From the NCBI GenBank assembly GCA_963817835.1, contig CAWFPZ010000019.1:37283-101282 (forward strand): a stretch of DNA of 64,000 bases, written 5' to 3'. This document shows, one piece after another, positions 19,391 to 28,708 of this stretch. How positions within the stretch are numbered: the first letter of the stretch is position 1; each line of letters opens with the position of its first letter. Source of the stretch: an uncultured Acidobacteriota bacterium. Lineage in GTDB: Bacteria > Acidobacteriota > Terriglobia > Terriglobales > Acidobacteriaceae. A model generated the notes under the pieces. The model worked only from the letters and a program-made list of their open reading frames with translations, ran no database searches and was not told where the DNA came from. The translations under genes were made by a program, and so were the position numbers.

Positions 19391-20965
19391 TTAAAGCGGA
19401 ATCAATCCATGTTTCTTTTGCGGCCTGAGCTCGCGCTTCCCGTGCAGCGATTCGAGGGCCCGCGCCACCACTCTGCGCGTATCCGCCGGCTCAATAATGT
19501 CGTCTACCAGCCGTCGTCCCGCCGCCACATACGGATTCGCGAAAGTCTCGCGATACTCGTCCACAAGTTCCTTGCGCCGCATCGCCTCGTCCTCGGCCCC
19601 GTCAATCTCTCTGCGAAATACAATCTCGGCAGCGCCCTCGGCTCCCATCACGGCGATCTCTGCCGTGGGCCACGCCAGCACGCGATCCGCGCCCAGCCCG
19701 CGCGAGCACATGGCAATGTACGCGCCGCCGTAAGCCTTGCGCAGCACCACCGTAATCTTCGGCACCGTCGCCGCCGAATACGCAAACAGCAGCTTGGCCC
19801 CGTGGCGGATAATGCCTCCGCGCTCCTGCTCCACGCCCGGCAAAAATCCCGGCACATCCACAAACGTGAGCAGGGGAATGTTGAAGGCATTGCAAAAGCG
19901 CACAAACCGCGCCGATTTGTCCGAAGCATCGATGTCCAGTGCGCCTGCCATCACGCACGGTTGGTTGGCCACAATCCCTACGGACCGCCCTTGCAATCGT
20001 CCAAAGCCAATGACAATATTCGCGGCGAATCCCGGCTGAATCTCCAGAAAATCCTCGTTGTCCACCACGCGCAGAATCACGTCGCGCACATCGTAGGCCA
20101 CCTTCGGATCAACCGGCACAATCTTGTTCATCTCGGTGTCGGACTTCAGACGCCCGCTAAAAGCCCGATGCGGCGGATCTTCCAGATTGTTCGAAGGTAG
20201 AAAACTCAACAGCCGCTTGCACAGTTCGACGGCCTGCTGATCGTCGCGCGCAATCAGATGCACCACGCCCGAGTTGTTCATCTGCGAATGCGGCCCGCCC
20301 AGTTCCTCGGCGCTCACCTCTTCGCCCGTCACCTGCTTGATTACCTGCGGCCCGGTAATAAACATGCGCGCCTGCTCGGTCTGGATCACAAAGTCCGTAA
20401 GCGCCGGGCTGTAGGCCGCGCCGCCCGCGCACGGCCCGCAAATCAGCGCAATCTGCGGCACCGTTCCTGAAAGCATCACGTTGTTGTAGAACACGCGCGC
20501 GTATCCGGCCAGGCTGTCGATCCCCTCCTGCACGCGCGCTCCGCCCGAGTCGTTGATGAAGACAAACGGGCTGCCCGTCTTCAGGCTCATGGCCATCATG
20601 TCGGCCACTTTTTGGCAATGCGTTTCGCCGGCAGCGCCGCCAGCCACCGTGAAATCCTGGCTCGCCAGGTGCACCAGCCGTCCGTCGACGATCGCGCATC
20701 CCGTCACCACGCCGTCGGCCGGCAGTTCCTTCTCCGCCATGCCGAAGTACGTAGCCCGGTGTCGGCTAAACAACCCGATCTCCTCAAAGCTGCCCTTGTC
20801 CACAAGTCGGTCCACGCGCTCGCGCGCGGTGAGCTTGCCCGATTTGTGTTGCCGGTCGATGCGCTCCTGCCCGCCGCCCAGCTCCAACTCCGCGCGTTTC
20901 GCCTCCAGCTCCGCAACCTTGTCGTCCATGCTTTTCTTATGCGTAATTTCTTCCTGAGTCAGCAT
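19391..20965 (-). CDS. Acyl-CoA carboxyltransferase, methylmalonyl-CoA carboxytransferase 12S-like subunit
   Basis: GKLTARER, QDFTVAGG, DSGGARVQEG, GPCAGGAAYSPAL, VDVPGFLPG, RKAYGGAY and KKHGLIPL; intact 524 aa. Confidence 0.92.
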   Translation of the reverse strand: MLTQEEITHKKSMDDKVAELEAKRAELELGGGQERIDRQHKSGKLTARERVDRLVDKGSFEEIGLFSRHRATYFGMAEKELPADGVVTGCAIVDGRLVHLASQDFTVAGGAAGETHCQKVADMMAMSLKTGSPFVFINDSGGARVQEGIDSLAGYARVFYNNVMLSGTVPQIALICGPCAGGAAYSPALTDFVIQTEQARMFITGPQVIKQVTGEEVSAEELGGPHSQMNNSGVVHLIARDDQQAVELCKRLLSFLPSNNLEDPPHRAFSGRLKSDTEMNKIVPVDPKVAYDVRDVILRVVDNEDFLEIQPGFAANIVIGFGRLQGRSVGIVANQPCVMAGALDIDASDKSARFVRFCNAFNIPLLTFVDVPGFLPGVEQERGGIIRHGAKLLFAYSAATVPKITVVLRKAYGGAYIAMCSRGLGADRVLAWPTAEIAVMGAEGAAEIVFRREIDGAEDEAMRRKELVDEYRETFANPYVAAGRRLVDDIIEPADTRRVVARALESLHGKRELRPQKKHGLIPL

Positions 20966-21044
20966 TTCTTCACCTGGGGAAAATTGCGCAAACTCCCACT
21001 TTCTGCGCCTTCATGGCGCATTCCATCCTTGTTCGACCGCTGTC

Positions 21045-21088
21045 ATTCTATGCCCCTGCATAAAGGCTGGGATGTGATCAAGTTCACT
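21045..21088 (-). promoter_or_regulatory. Putative promoter of the methylmalonyl-CoA operon: TAGAAT -10 box plus a CRP/FNR/Rex-type palindrome
   Basis: TGTGA-TCAAGT-TCACT at 21073-21088, centred about -42 relative to the -10 box at 21045-21050. Confidence 0.5.
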
Positions 21089-21260
21089 CTCCACAAGCCC
21101 AAGGAAGCAGACGGGTTACCTGCCGATGAAAGGCCAGAAGGCAGGCCTTTTCGCCGACCCCAAAAGTGCGTCAAACGGCGGCAGCGGGCGCACGGCTGCG
21201 CGTGGCCGCACGGCCGGCTCGAAGTTCTCTCAGAACCTGCGCTTTTTCAATTGCATGCAG

Positions 21261-21300
21261 AAAGGGCGCGACCCGGCTTGTAAAAGCCGCTCGCGCCCTT
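21261..21300 (-). terminator. Intrinsic terminator-like hairpin downstream of the iol operon
   Basis: AAGGGCGCGA…TCGCGCCCTT 10-bp stem with an inner CGGCTT/AAGCCG stem and a short T run on the minus strand. Confidence 0.55.
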
Positions 21301-21315
21301 CGCAAGATACTTACT

Positions 21316-21359
21316 GTGCCCCATCCTTTCGCGGCATCTCGCGAAAGAGTGGGAGACCA
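21316..21359 (+). repeat. REP-like GTGCCCC-hairpin element variant
   Basis: GTGCCCCATCCTTTCGCG-GCATCT-CGCGAAAGAGTGGGAGACCA. Confidence 0.65.
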
Positions 21360-21391
21360 TGATCACTGGTTACAGCATCTGTAGTTCTGCT

Positions 21392-22681
21392 CTAAGAAAA
21401 CCGCGTCCTTCTCCACAGCAATGTTCCGCACAATCCCAGCGGAACCAGAGTTCCCACAATCAGCACAAACATCCACGGGAAGTTGACGCTGATGTGCTGC
21501 GCGCGCGTACCCACCGCCAGCCACACAAAGATGCCCGTGGCTGTCAGCATGATGAGCACTTCCCACCAGCGCCTCGGGTGCTTGTCGTCAGCCAGTGGAT
21601 CGTTGCCGGCCACCACGGCGGCCACATTGACTCTGTCGAGTTCATAGCGGTCGCATTCGCGATGCATGGCGTCGCGCCAGTTCTCCATCTCGGAAGGCGG
21701 AGGCTCGGCCATGCTGATCGATACCGCGCCCGCAATCATCACGGCCGATCCGGCAAGAATCAATATCCGTCCGCCGCTGGCCAGTCCCACAAATTCGCCA
21801 AAGACCAGCGCGCCCCACGCCAGTCCCCAAAGCTGGTTGGTGTTCGAGAGCGGAATACCGCGCCCGATGCCGATGTACTTGGCTGCATACTGCTGGAACA
21901 GATCGCCGATCACCCAGCAGAAGCCGCCCACAAACGGCCAGAACAGCATGGTCCGCGCCTGCTGCAGCTGCACCAGTACCGGCGCCATGCCGCCGCTGTT
22001 AATGGCCGTGAGCAGAGTGACGGTTCCCAGTTCGCCGAACGTGAAAATGGTCACGAACGACAGCGGATTCATGCCGCTGATGTAAGCCTTGCGGTAGGGA
22101 ATGTACATGGTGCCGAACATGCAGCCCGCGCCCAGTGCGGCAATGATGCCGGTAGCCGCCTTGCCCGGCGTGCCCGCATTCTGATGCGCCGTGGCCACGG
22201 CCAGCACCGCAGCTCCAAAGACAATCGCCCCCGCGCCGCCCACCACCTTGGCCCAGTTCTTTGCAGTCGATCCGTGCAGTTCTTTGAACAGCAGGCAGCC
22301 CCAAGCCAGCCCCACCAGGCTGTTCATGTTCCACAAGGGAAACGCAATCGCCAGGCCCACGTTGCGCACGCCGAAGATTGTCAGCGTGTTGCCCACCGCC
22401 CATAGCATTCCTGCCAGCAGCGCCCACACAATCAGGTGCGGCTTGGCACGTAAATCGTCGAACAGGAATCCCGTGCCCTTCAGCAGCGTGGGCACCGTCC
22501 AGCGCGCCACAAACGCGCCCATCACCATCCCCATGGAGATGATGAACGGCGAAAATCCCGCGTTCACCAGCTTGGTAGGCGCTTCCGCGCTGCCCAGCCA
22601 CACCGCGGCTGACAGTCCGCAAAACACGCCCAGTTTGTGCAACGAGATTGTCGACCGCGCCGCAATTGCGCCCTGGCTCAT
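21392..22681 (-). CDS. DMT superfamily (GlcU/RhaT/GRP-like) sugar transporter, putative inositol importer
   Basis: Two 5-TM repeats with GLAIAFPLWNMNSLVGLAWG and GRGIPLSNTNQLWGLAWG; last gene of the iol operon. Confidence 0.7.
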   Translation of the reverse strand: MSQGAIAARSTISLHKLGVFCGLSAAVWLGSAEAPTKLVNAGFSPFIISMGMVMGAFVARWTVPTLLKGTGFLFDDLRAKPHLIVWALLAGMLWAVGNTLTIFGVRNVGLAIAFPLWNMNSLVGLAWGCLLFKELHGSTAKNWAKVVGGAGAIVFGAAVLAVATAHQNAGTPGKAATGIIAALGAGCMFGTMYIPYRKAYISGMNPLSFVTIFTFGELGTVTLLTAINSGGMAPVLVQLQQARTMLFWPFVGGFCWVIGDLFQQYAAKYIGIGRGIPLSNTNQLWGLAWGALVFGEFVGLASGGRILILAGSAVMIAGAVSISMAEPPPSEMENWRDAMHRECDRYELDRVNVAAVVAGNDPLADDKHPRRWWEVLIMLTATGIFVWLAVGTRAQHISVNFPWMFVLIVGTLVPLGLCGTLLWRRTRFS

Positions 22682-22783
22682 CCTGTCACCTCAGCGTCAT
22701 CAACAGCGCGGTTCCCAGAATCAATACGACCACGGGCACCCACAGATGCACGTCGGTCAGGATGCAAACCAACTTCGATCGCT

Positions 22784-23806
22784 TCAAGCTTCCACCTCAG
22801 TCAATTTCACCGGCCGGTTCTCGTCGAACGACTTGCGCGCCGCCATCGCCATAATCACGGGCACGCGGCTATCGGCGCCCGTTACCGGCACAGGCTTGCC
22901 TTCCAGCACCGCATGCGTAAACTGCCTCACCTCTTCCGCAAAGCTGTCCGTGTAACGGTCCATGAAGAAATTCAACGGCAGATCGCTGTAAACGGATTCT
23001 CCCGTGCTCACCACAACCTGGTTGGGGAAGCGGTTTTCCGAAGCGATCTTGCCTTCGGTGCCCAGGATCTCCACGCGCTGGTCGTAGCCGAACACCGCCT
23101 TGCGACTGTTGTCAATGGTGCCGATAGCGCCGCTGCGGTAGCGTAGCGTAACCACGGCCGTATCCACGTCGCCCAGTTCGCCAATGGCCGGGTCGGCCAT
23201 CACGCCGGCCGCAGCGTACACCTCTTCCACCTCGTCGCCGGTCAAAAAGCGCGCCATGTCGAAATCGTGAATCATCATGTCCAGGAACATTCCTCCCGAC
23301 AAGCGTACAAACTCAATGGGCGGAGGCAGAGGATCGCGGCTGGTGATGTGCACCAGGCACGGCTTGCCGACCTCGCCGTTGATCACGGCCTTGCGCACCC
23401 GCGCGTAATTCGTATCGAAGCGCCGGTTGAAGCCGATCTGCAGCTTCACGCCGGCCTTCTTCACCGCCGCGAGCGCGGCATCAATCTGCTTGAGAGTGTA
23501 GGAAATCGGCTTTTCGCAAAAAATGTGCTTGCCCGCCTCTGCCGCGCGAATAATCAGGTCGGCGTGCGTGTCAGTCGACGAGCAGATCGCGACTGCCTCA
23601 ATGCGCTTGTCGCCAAGAATCTCATCCACGGAGCTCGCCACGTTAGGAATGCCAAAATCTGCCGCGAGTTTTTCAGCCGTCTCGCGATTGACGTCGAAAA
23701 CGGAGACAATCTCTGCCTCCGGAATTTGAAACGCGAGCGATTTCGCATGAACTCGCCCAATCCGTCCCGCTCCAATAACTCCGAAATGAAGTTTCTTCCC
23801 GCTCAT
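22784..23806 (-). CDS. iolG: myo-Inositol 2-dehydrogenase
   Basis: GAGRIG, HIFCEKP, GFNRRFD, SRDP and GGMFLDMMIHDFD; Gfo/Idh/MocA family within the iol cluster. Confidence 0.92.
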   Translation of the reverse strand: MSGKKLHFGVIGAGRIGRVHAKSLAFQIPEAEIVSVFDVNRETAEKLAADFGIPNVASSVDEILGDKRIEAVAICSSTDTHADLIIRAAEAGKHIFCEKPISYTLKQIDAALAAVKKAGVKLQIGFNRRFDTNYARVRKAVINGEVGKPCLVHITSRDPLPPPIEFVRLSGGMFLDMMIHDFDMARFLTGDEVEEVYAAAGVMADPAIGELGDVDTAVVTLRYRSGAIGTIDNSRKAVFGYDQRVEILGTEGKIASENRFPNQVVVSTGESVYSDLPLNFFMDRYTDSFAEEVRQFTHAVLEGKPVPVTGADSRVPVIMAMAARKSFDENRPVKLTEVEA

Positions 23807-23851
23807 AATCTCTCCCCAAAATCGGCTTTCAGCTCTCAGCTGTCAGCATGT

Positions 23852-23919
23852 GAAGGGGCACGACTTCAGTCGTGCCGTAATTCTCGCAAAATGAGTGGTG
23901 GGCTTTAGCCCCTGAGGGA
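23852..23919. repeat. GAAGGGGCACGACTTCAGTCGTGCC…GGCTTTAGCCCCTGAGG REP-like element
   Basis: GGCACGACT/AGTCGTGCC stem; related hairpin at 53726-53753. Confidence 0.7.
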
Positions 23920-24001
23920 ACTCAACCAAAGCCGATTAACCCATTTTTTGCACCGTACCCTAATAAACCGTCGCTCCCCGCCGTACGGAAAAAGCTGGAA
24001 G

Positions 24002-24961
24002 CTAGGAGCTGGAAGCCAGCAGCTGTTCCTGCACAAAATTCGCCTCAATCGAACGAATATACTCCCGGTTCCGCGCCGCACTTTCCTTCGGCGTGCCCAT
24101 TCCCGGAAGAATATCCTGCTCCACCAGCACGTATCCCTTGTAGTCGCGGCGTGCGAGCCAGCGTAACAGGGCAGGGAAGTCCACGCATCCTTTGCCCAGT
24201 TCACAGTACACTCCGTGCCGCATGCCCGTGAAGTAGTCCCACTCCTCCTCGCGGCTGCGGCGCGCCACGTTGGGCTCAATATCTTTCAAATGGATGTACC
24301 AGACGCGCTCCTTGAAGCGCTCGAGAGCCGCCACCAGGTCGATGTCCTCGCGGCCGGTTCCGTGAACATAGTGGCCCGCGTCGAACACCAGTCCCAGTCG
24401 CTCCGGATTGGTTCCATCGAGCAGCGTCGCAATCTCGTCCGGCGTCTCCACGTAGCCCGCGCAGTGATGATGAAACACCGTGCGCAGTCCGGTCTCGTCA
24501 AACACCGCGTGCGCAATCCGATCGGCGCCGCCGGCAAAAGTCTTCCACTCGTCCTTGTTCAGTCCTGCGCTCGCGGGCACGCGCCCGGCGAGCTTGGTGC
24601 GTCGCGCATCGGTCCCGTTGTCGTCGGCCAGCACCAGGAACGGCGCCGGCGTCGTGGCCACAGCCGCAATCAGCCGCGCCGTCCTCACAGCCCTTGCCGT
24701 GCCCTCCGCATGCGCCAGCGGATTCTTCAGCTCCACCGGCACAAACGCGCCCAGCATCGCCACGTTGTTCCGCTTCGTCAGTTCCTCGCTCAGCTGCACC
24801 GGGTCGGTGGGCATGTAGCCCCAGTCGCCCAATTCCGTTCCGGTGTAGCCCGTCTCCACCAACTCGTCCAGCATTTGCGTCGACGGAATCGCCTGGCTCT
24901 GGTCCTGGTGCTCCAGCGTGCCCCACGAACAGGGTGCATTGCCAACCAGCAACTCTTTCAT
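24002..24961 (-). CDS. iolE: myo-Inosose-2 dehydratase (IolE/MocC family TIM barrel)
   Basis: GNAPCSWG, GTELG, VFHHHCAGYVET, HLKD, CELGKG and VEQD motifs. Confidence 0.85.
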   Translation of the reverse strand: MKELLVGNAPCSWGTLEHQDQSQAIPSTQMLDELVETGYTGTELGDWGYMPTDPVQLSEELTKRNNVAMLGAFVPVELKNPLAHAEGTARAVRTARLIAAVATTPAPFLVLADDNGTDARRTKLAGRVPASAGLNKDEWKTFAGGADRIAHAVFDETGLRTVFHHHCAGYVETPDEIATLLDGTNPERLGLVFDAGHYVHGTGREDIDLVAALERFKERVWYIHLKDIEPNVARRSREEEWDYFTGMRHGVYCELGKGCVDFPALLRWLARRDYKGYVLVEQDILPGMGTPKESAARNREYIRSIEANFVQEQLLASSS

Positions 24962-25020
24962 ATCGTCTCCTTGCTTCCCGCGGGTTTTCAGTCTCAGTGC
25001 TTTACTTCAACGGTTGACGA

Positions 25021-25034
25021 TTTACACGTGTGCA
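25021..25034. promoter_or_regulatory. LacI-type operator candidate upstream of iolE
   Basis: TTTACACGTGTGCA, 12/14 match to TGCACACGTGTGCA. Confidence 0.6.
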
Positions 25035-25045
25035 TCACAGACTAA

Positions 25046-25080
25046 AAAGCTAGCAGCTAGAAGCTAGCGGCTAGTAGCTG
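25046..25080. repeat. Degenerate heptamer tract (AGCTAGC/AGCTAGA)
   Basis: Next to the iolA stop codon; a similar tract lies at 23993-24023 around the iolE stop. Confidence 0.65.
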
Positions 25081-25084
25081 TCTT

Positions 25085-26551
25085 TCAGAACTTCCGGCTC
25101 CACTCCTTCGGCCACCGTTCCACAACGACCTTGGTTTGCGTAAAGAACTCCACTGCGTGGTGCGCCTGCGCATGCAGATCGCCGAAAAAGCTTTCGCCCC
25201 ACCCGCTGAACGGGAAGGTTGACATCGGCGCGGCCACGCCCACGTTAATGCCCACATTGCCCGCTTGCACCTCGTAGCGGAAGCGCCGTGCATTGGCGCC
25301 GTCGGTGGTGAAGATGCAGGCCATGTTGCCATAGCTGCGTCCATTCACCAGCGCAATCGCCTCTTCAATGGTCTGTGCATGGATCAGGCTCAGCACCGGC
25401 CCAAAGATCTCCGTTCGCGCCGTCTCGGAATCAGGCGGCACATCGTCCAGCACCGTAGGCAGCACGAAATAACCATCCTCGTAGCCGTCCACTTTTTTGC
25501 CGCGCCCATCCACCACCACGCGCGCGCCGGCCTGTTCGCCCTTCGCGATCAGCCCTTCGATCCGCGTCTTGCTCTCGGCGGAAATCACCGGGCCCATCTC
25601 CACATCCGGCAACGCGCCGTAACCCGTCTTGCGGCTCTGGGCCGCCGCCACAATCCGATCCGTGAATGTGCGCGAATCGCCCACGGTAATCGCCACCGAT
25701 GCCGCCAGGCATCGCTGTCCCGCGCAACCAAACGCGGAATCAGCCAGAATCCGCGTCGTCATCTCCATGTCCGCATCCGGCATCACCACCACCGGATTCT
25801 TCGCGCCGCCCTGGCACTGCGCGCGTTTCCCATTCGCAGCTGCCCGGCTGTAAACGTACTTCGCCGTCGGCGTCGATCCCACAAAACTCACTGCCTTGAT
25901 GCCCGGATGATCCAGAATCGCATTCACCGCATCACGTCCGCCGTTCACCAGTTGCATCACGCCCGGCGGGAATCCCGCTGCCTGAATCAGCTCGAACAGT
26001 TTCTGCGACGTGATCGGTACGCGCTCCGACGGCTTCAGCAAAAAGCAGTTGCCCGCCGCTACCGCGTAGGGGAAAAACCAGAACGCGATCATGCCCGGAA
26101 AATTGAACGGCACAATCGCCGCCACCACGCCCAGGGGTTGCCGGATCATGTGCTCGTCGATGCCCCGCGCAATGTCCTCGCAATTCGTGCCCTGCATCAT
26201 GATCGGCATGGCGCACGCCGTTTCCACGTTTTCCACTGCGCGCAGAATCTCCGCGCGGCTCTCCACCAGCGTCTTGCCGCATTCTCTCGTGATAGACAGC
26301 GCGAGTTCTTCGCGATGCTGCTCCAGCAGCGTCTTCAGCCGGAACAGCGGCTGAATCCGGTCCACCACCGGCGTCCGCCGCCACTCGATAAACGCCCGCT
26401 CCGCCGCTTCCACCGCAGCATTCACGTCCGTCGCCGGCGAAAGCGGAACCTCCACCAGCACCTTGGCCGATGCGGGATCGATTACGTTCAGCGCATTCGT
26501 TGCGCTCGAAGCGCGCCATCCTCCATCAACAAAATTCTGCAACCGCTCCAT
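25085..26551 (-). CDS. iolA: CoA-acylating (methyl)malonate-semialdehyde dehydrogenase
   Basis: [35 protein letters not shown] (catalytic Cys), EIFGPV and FSGW; start placed at MERLQNF. Confidence 0.92.
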   Translation of the reverse strand: MERLQNFVDGGWRASSATNALNVIDPASAKVLVEVPLSPATDVNAAVEAAERAFIEWRRTPVVDRIQPLFRLKTLLEQHREELALSITRECGKTLVESRAEILRAVENVETACAMPIMMQGTNCEDIARGIDEHMIRQPLGVVAAIVPFNFPGMIAFWFFPYAVAAGNCFLLKPSERVPITSQKLFELIQAAGFPPGVMQLVNGGRDAVNAILDHPGIKAVSFVGSTPTAKYVYSRAAANGKRAQCQGGAKNPVVVMPDADMEMTTRILADSAFGCAGQRCLAASVAITVGDSRTFTDRIVAAAQSRKTGYGALPDVEMGPVISAESKTRIEGLIAKGEQAGARVVVDGRGKKVDGYEDGYFVLPTVLDDVPPDSETARTEIFGPVLSLIHAQTIEEAIALVNGRSYGNMACIFTTDGANARRFRYEVQAGNVGINVGVAAPMSTFPFSGWGESFFGDLHAQAHHAVEFFTQTKVVVERWPKEWSRKF

Positions 26552-26610
26552 AGAGAACCTCCGTCTCATCGAAACCGAAATGTAGCGCCGGTCTCCAGAC
26601 CGGCTGTCGT

Positions 26611-26648
26611 GGGGTGCCCCGTCCAAGCTTTGCTTGGGCGGGTGTAGC
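26611..26648 (+). repeat. REP-like GGGTGCCCC-hairpin element between iolD and iolA
   Basis: GGGGTGCCCCGTCCAAGC-TTT-GCTTGGGCGGGTG. Confidence 0.7.
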
Positions 26649-26664
26649 TCCCTTGCTCCCTGTA

Positions 26665-28542
26665 TCAAAGATGATGCCGTTCGCGCTTGCGCGCTTCTTC
26701 ATAGCGTGCTCTCGCCTCGCGCACGCTCTCCAGTTCCGAAACTTCCGCTACCGCAACATCCCACCAGGACTCGTATCCCGGCACGCCGGTTGACGTATCC
26801 GTTTCCACTACAATCACCGTGGTGCGGTCCAGCGTCTTCGCTTTCTCGAGGGCTTGCTTCAGTTCATCCAATGTACCAGCAGTCAACGCATATGCGCCCA
26901 GGCTGCGCGCGTTGGCCGCAAAGTCCACCTTCAGCACATCGCCGTCCAGTTGTTTACTCGCTTCGTTGCGTGCGCGATACCGCGTTCCGAACCCGCCCTG
27001 CCCTAATGACCGGCTCAGGCTGCCGATCGAGGCGAACCCGTGATTGTCCACCAGCACGATGATGATCTTGATCCCCTCCTGCACGGACGTCACAATCTCC
27101 GTGGGCATCATCAGATACGTGCCGTCGCCCAGGAACACGTAGACTTCGCGGCTGGGATCGGCCAGCTTCGCGCCCATGGCGCCCGGAATCTCGTACCCCA
27201 TGCACGAGTAGCCGTATTCCATGTGATAGCCGTTGGGTGTGCGCGTGCGCCACAGCTTGTGCAGATCGCCGGGATGGCTGCCCGCGGCCGACAGCAATAC
27301 GTCACGCTCGCCCGCAGCCGCCCATAGCGCGCCAATCACTTCGCTCTGCGCGGGTTTGCCCCCGCCGTTCGAATTTTGACTGTTCAGATGAAAGAGCCGC
27401 TCGACCTCCGCGTCCCACTCGACGCGCAACCCCGCAATCTCCGCAGCATACTTCGCGCCCACCGTGTGTCCGGCGAGCGCCGCGCCCAGTTCCTCCAGCG
27501 CCACGCGAGCGTCGGCAACCACGGGAATCGCGCCCACCTTGTACGCGTCAAACTCCGCGGTGTTGATATTCACAAACTTCACTGCCGGATTCTGAAACGC
27601 CGTCATCGAGGCCGAAGTGAAATCGGAGTAGCGCGTCCCGATGCCGATCACGAGATCGGCGGAGTTCGCCAAGCGGTTCGCAGCCAGCGTGCCCGTGGCT
27701 CCGATGGCGCCCACCTCCTGCGCATGATCCCACGCAAGCGACCCCTTGCCTGCCTGTGTCTCTGCCACAGGGATTCCGGTCTTGGTTGCGAATTCACTCA
27801 GCGCCTGCGACGCCTCGCTCATCAGCACGCCGCCGCCGGCCACAATCAGCGGCCGTTCCGCGCCGCGGATGGCAGCAATGGCACGCTCCAACGAAACGCG
27901 ATCCGGTTGTCCGCGCCGGATCAGCCACACGCGTTTTTCAAAAAGCTCTTCGGGATAGTCGTAAGCTTCGGTCTGCACATCCTGCGGCAGCGCCAGCGTC
28001 ACCGCGCCGCAATCCGATGGCGAGGTCAGCACGCGCATCGCCTCAGGCAGCGCCGTAATCAGTTGTTCCGGTCTGTAAATGCGGTCCCAGTAGCGCGACA
28101 CCGGCTTGAAGCAGTCGTTCACGCCCGTGTCTTGCGTGGTCGGCGACTCAATCTGTTGCAGTACCGGCGCCACGTTGCGCCGCGCAAAAATGTCTCCGGG
28201 CAACAGCAGCACCGGCAGCCGATTGATGGTGGCCAGCGCCGCGCCCGTAATCATGTTCGTCGCGCCCGGCCCGATCGAAGAGGTGCAGGCAAAGGTTCGC
28301 AGCCGGTTGCTCGCCTTGGCAAATCCCGCGGCCATGTGCACGCCCGCCTGCTCGTTGCGCACAAGAATGTACGGGAAATCGGGATTCTGCTGCAACGCCT
28401 GCCCGATCCCTGCCACGTTGCCGTGCCCAAAAATCCCCAGCATGCCCGCGAAGAATGCATGCTCGCGCCCATCCCGCTCCACATATTGCTGCTTCAGGAA
28501 CTGGATGAGCGCCTGGGCCATCGTGATGCGCCGCGTCTTCAT
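26665..28542 (-). CDS. iolD: 3D-(3,5/4)-trihydroxycyclohexane-1,2-dione acylhydrolase
   Basis: [41 protein letters not shown] and GDGTYLM (ThDP motif). Confidence 0.96.
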   Translation of the reverse strand: MKTRRITMAQALIQFLKQQYVERDGREHAFFAGMLGIFGHGNVAGIGQALQQNPDFPYILVRNEQAGVHMAAGFAKASNRLRTFACTSSIGPGATNMITGAALATINRLPVLLLPGDIFARRNVAPVLQQIESPTTQDTGVNDCFKPVSRYWDRIYRPEQLITALPEAMRVLTSPSDCGAVTLALPQDVQTEAYDYPEELFEKRVWLIRRGQPDRVSLERAIAAIRGAERPLIVAGGGVLMSEASQALSEFATKTGIPVAETQAGKGSLAWDHAQEVGAIGATGTLAANRLANSADLVIGIGTRYSDFTSASMTAFQNPAVKFVNINTAEFDAYKVGAIPVVADARVALEELGAALAGHTVGAKYAAEIAGLRVEWDAEVERLFHLNSQNSNGGGKPAQSEVIGALWAAAGERDVLLSAAGSHPGDLHKLWRTRTPNGYHMEYGYSCMGYEIPGAMGAKLADPSREVYVFLGDGTYLMMPTEIVTSVQEGIKIIIVLVDNHGFASIGSLSRSLGQGGFGTRYRARNEASKQLDGDVLKVDFAANARSLGAYALTAGTLDELKQALEKAKTLDRTTVIVVETDTSTGVPGYESWWDVAVAEVSELESVREARARYEEARKRERHHL

Positions 28543-28611
28543 ACGTACTCCCCCGACCCCCGCGACTACATTTTCACTTTTTTTACTTTTTCGCTCTCTT
28601 CACTTCTTCAC

Positions 28612-28708
28612 GGTTCCTTGGTCCCTAGTCCCTAGTCCCTAGTCCCTACGTCCCTAGTCCCTACGTCCCTAGTCCCTACGTCCCTAGTCCCTACGTCCCT
28701 GGTCCCTA
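28612..28708. repeat. Heptamer tract (GTCCCTA)n with a 15-bp higher-order period
   Basis: About 12 GTCCCTA units; after the first four they occur as C+(GTCCCTA)2; runs into the iolB stop codon. Confidence 0.9.

Noticed and set aside
20966-21260. Cobalamin riboswitch upstream of the B12-dependent mutase operon
   Set aside because: The conserved B12-box elements could not be found on the minus strand.
25265-28635. Long plus-strand ORFs (460 aa and 419 aa) opposite iolA and iolD, and similar shadows elsewhere
   Set aside because: Typical stop-poor antisense frames of high-GC genes with no recognisable domains.
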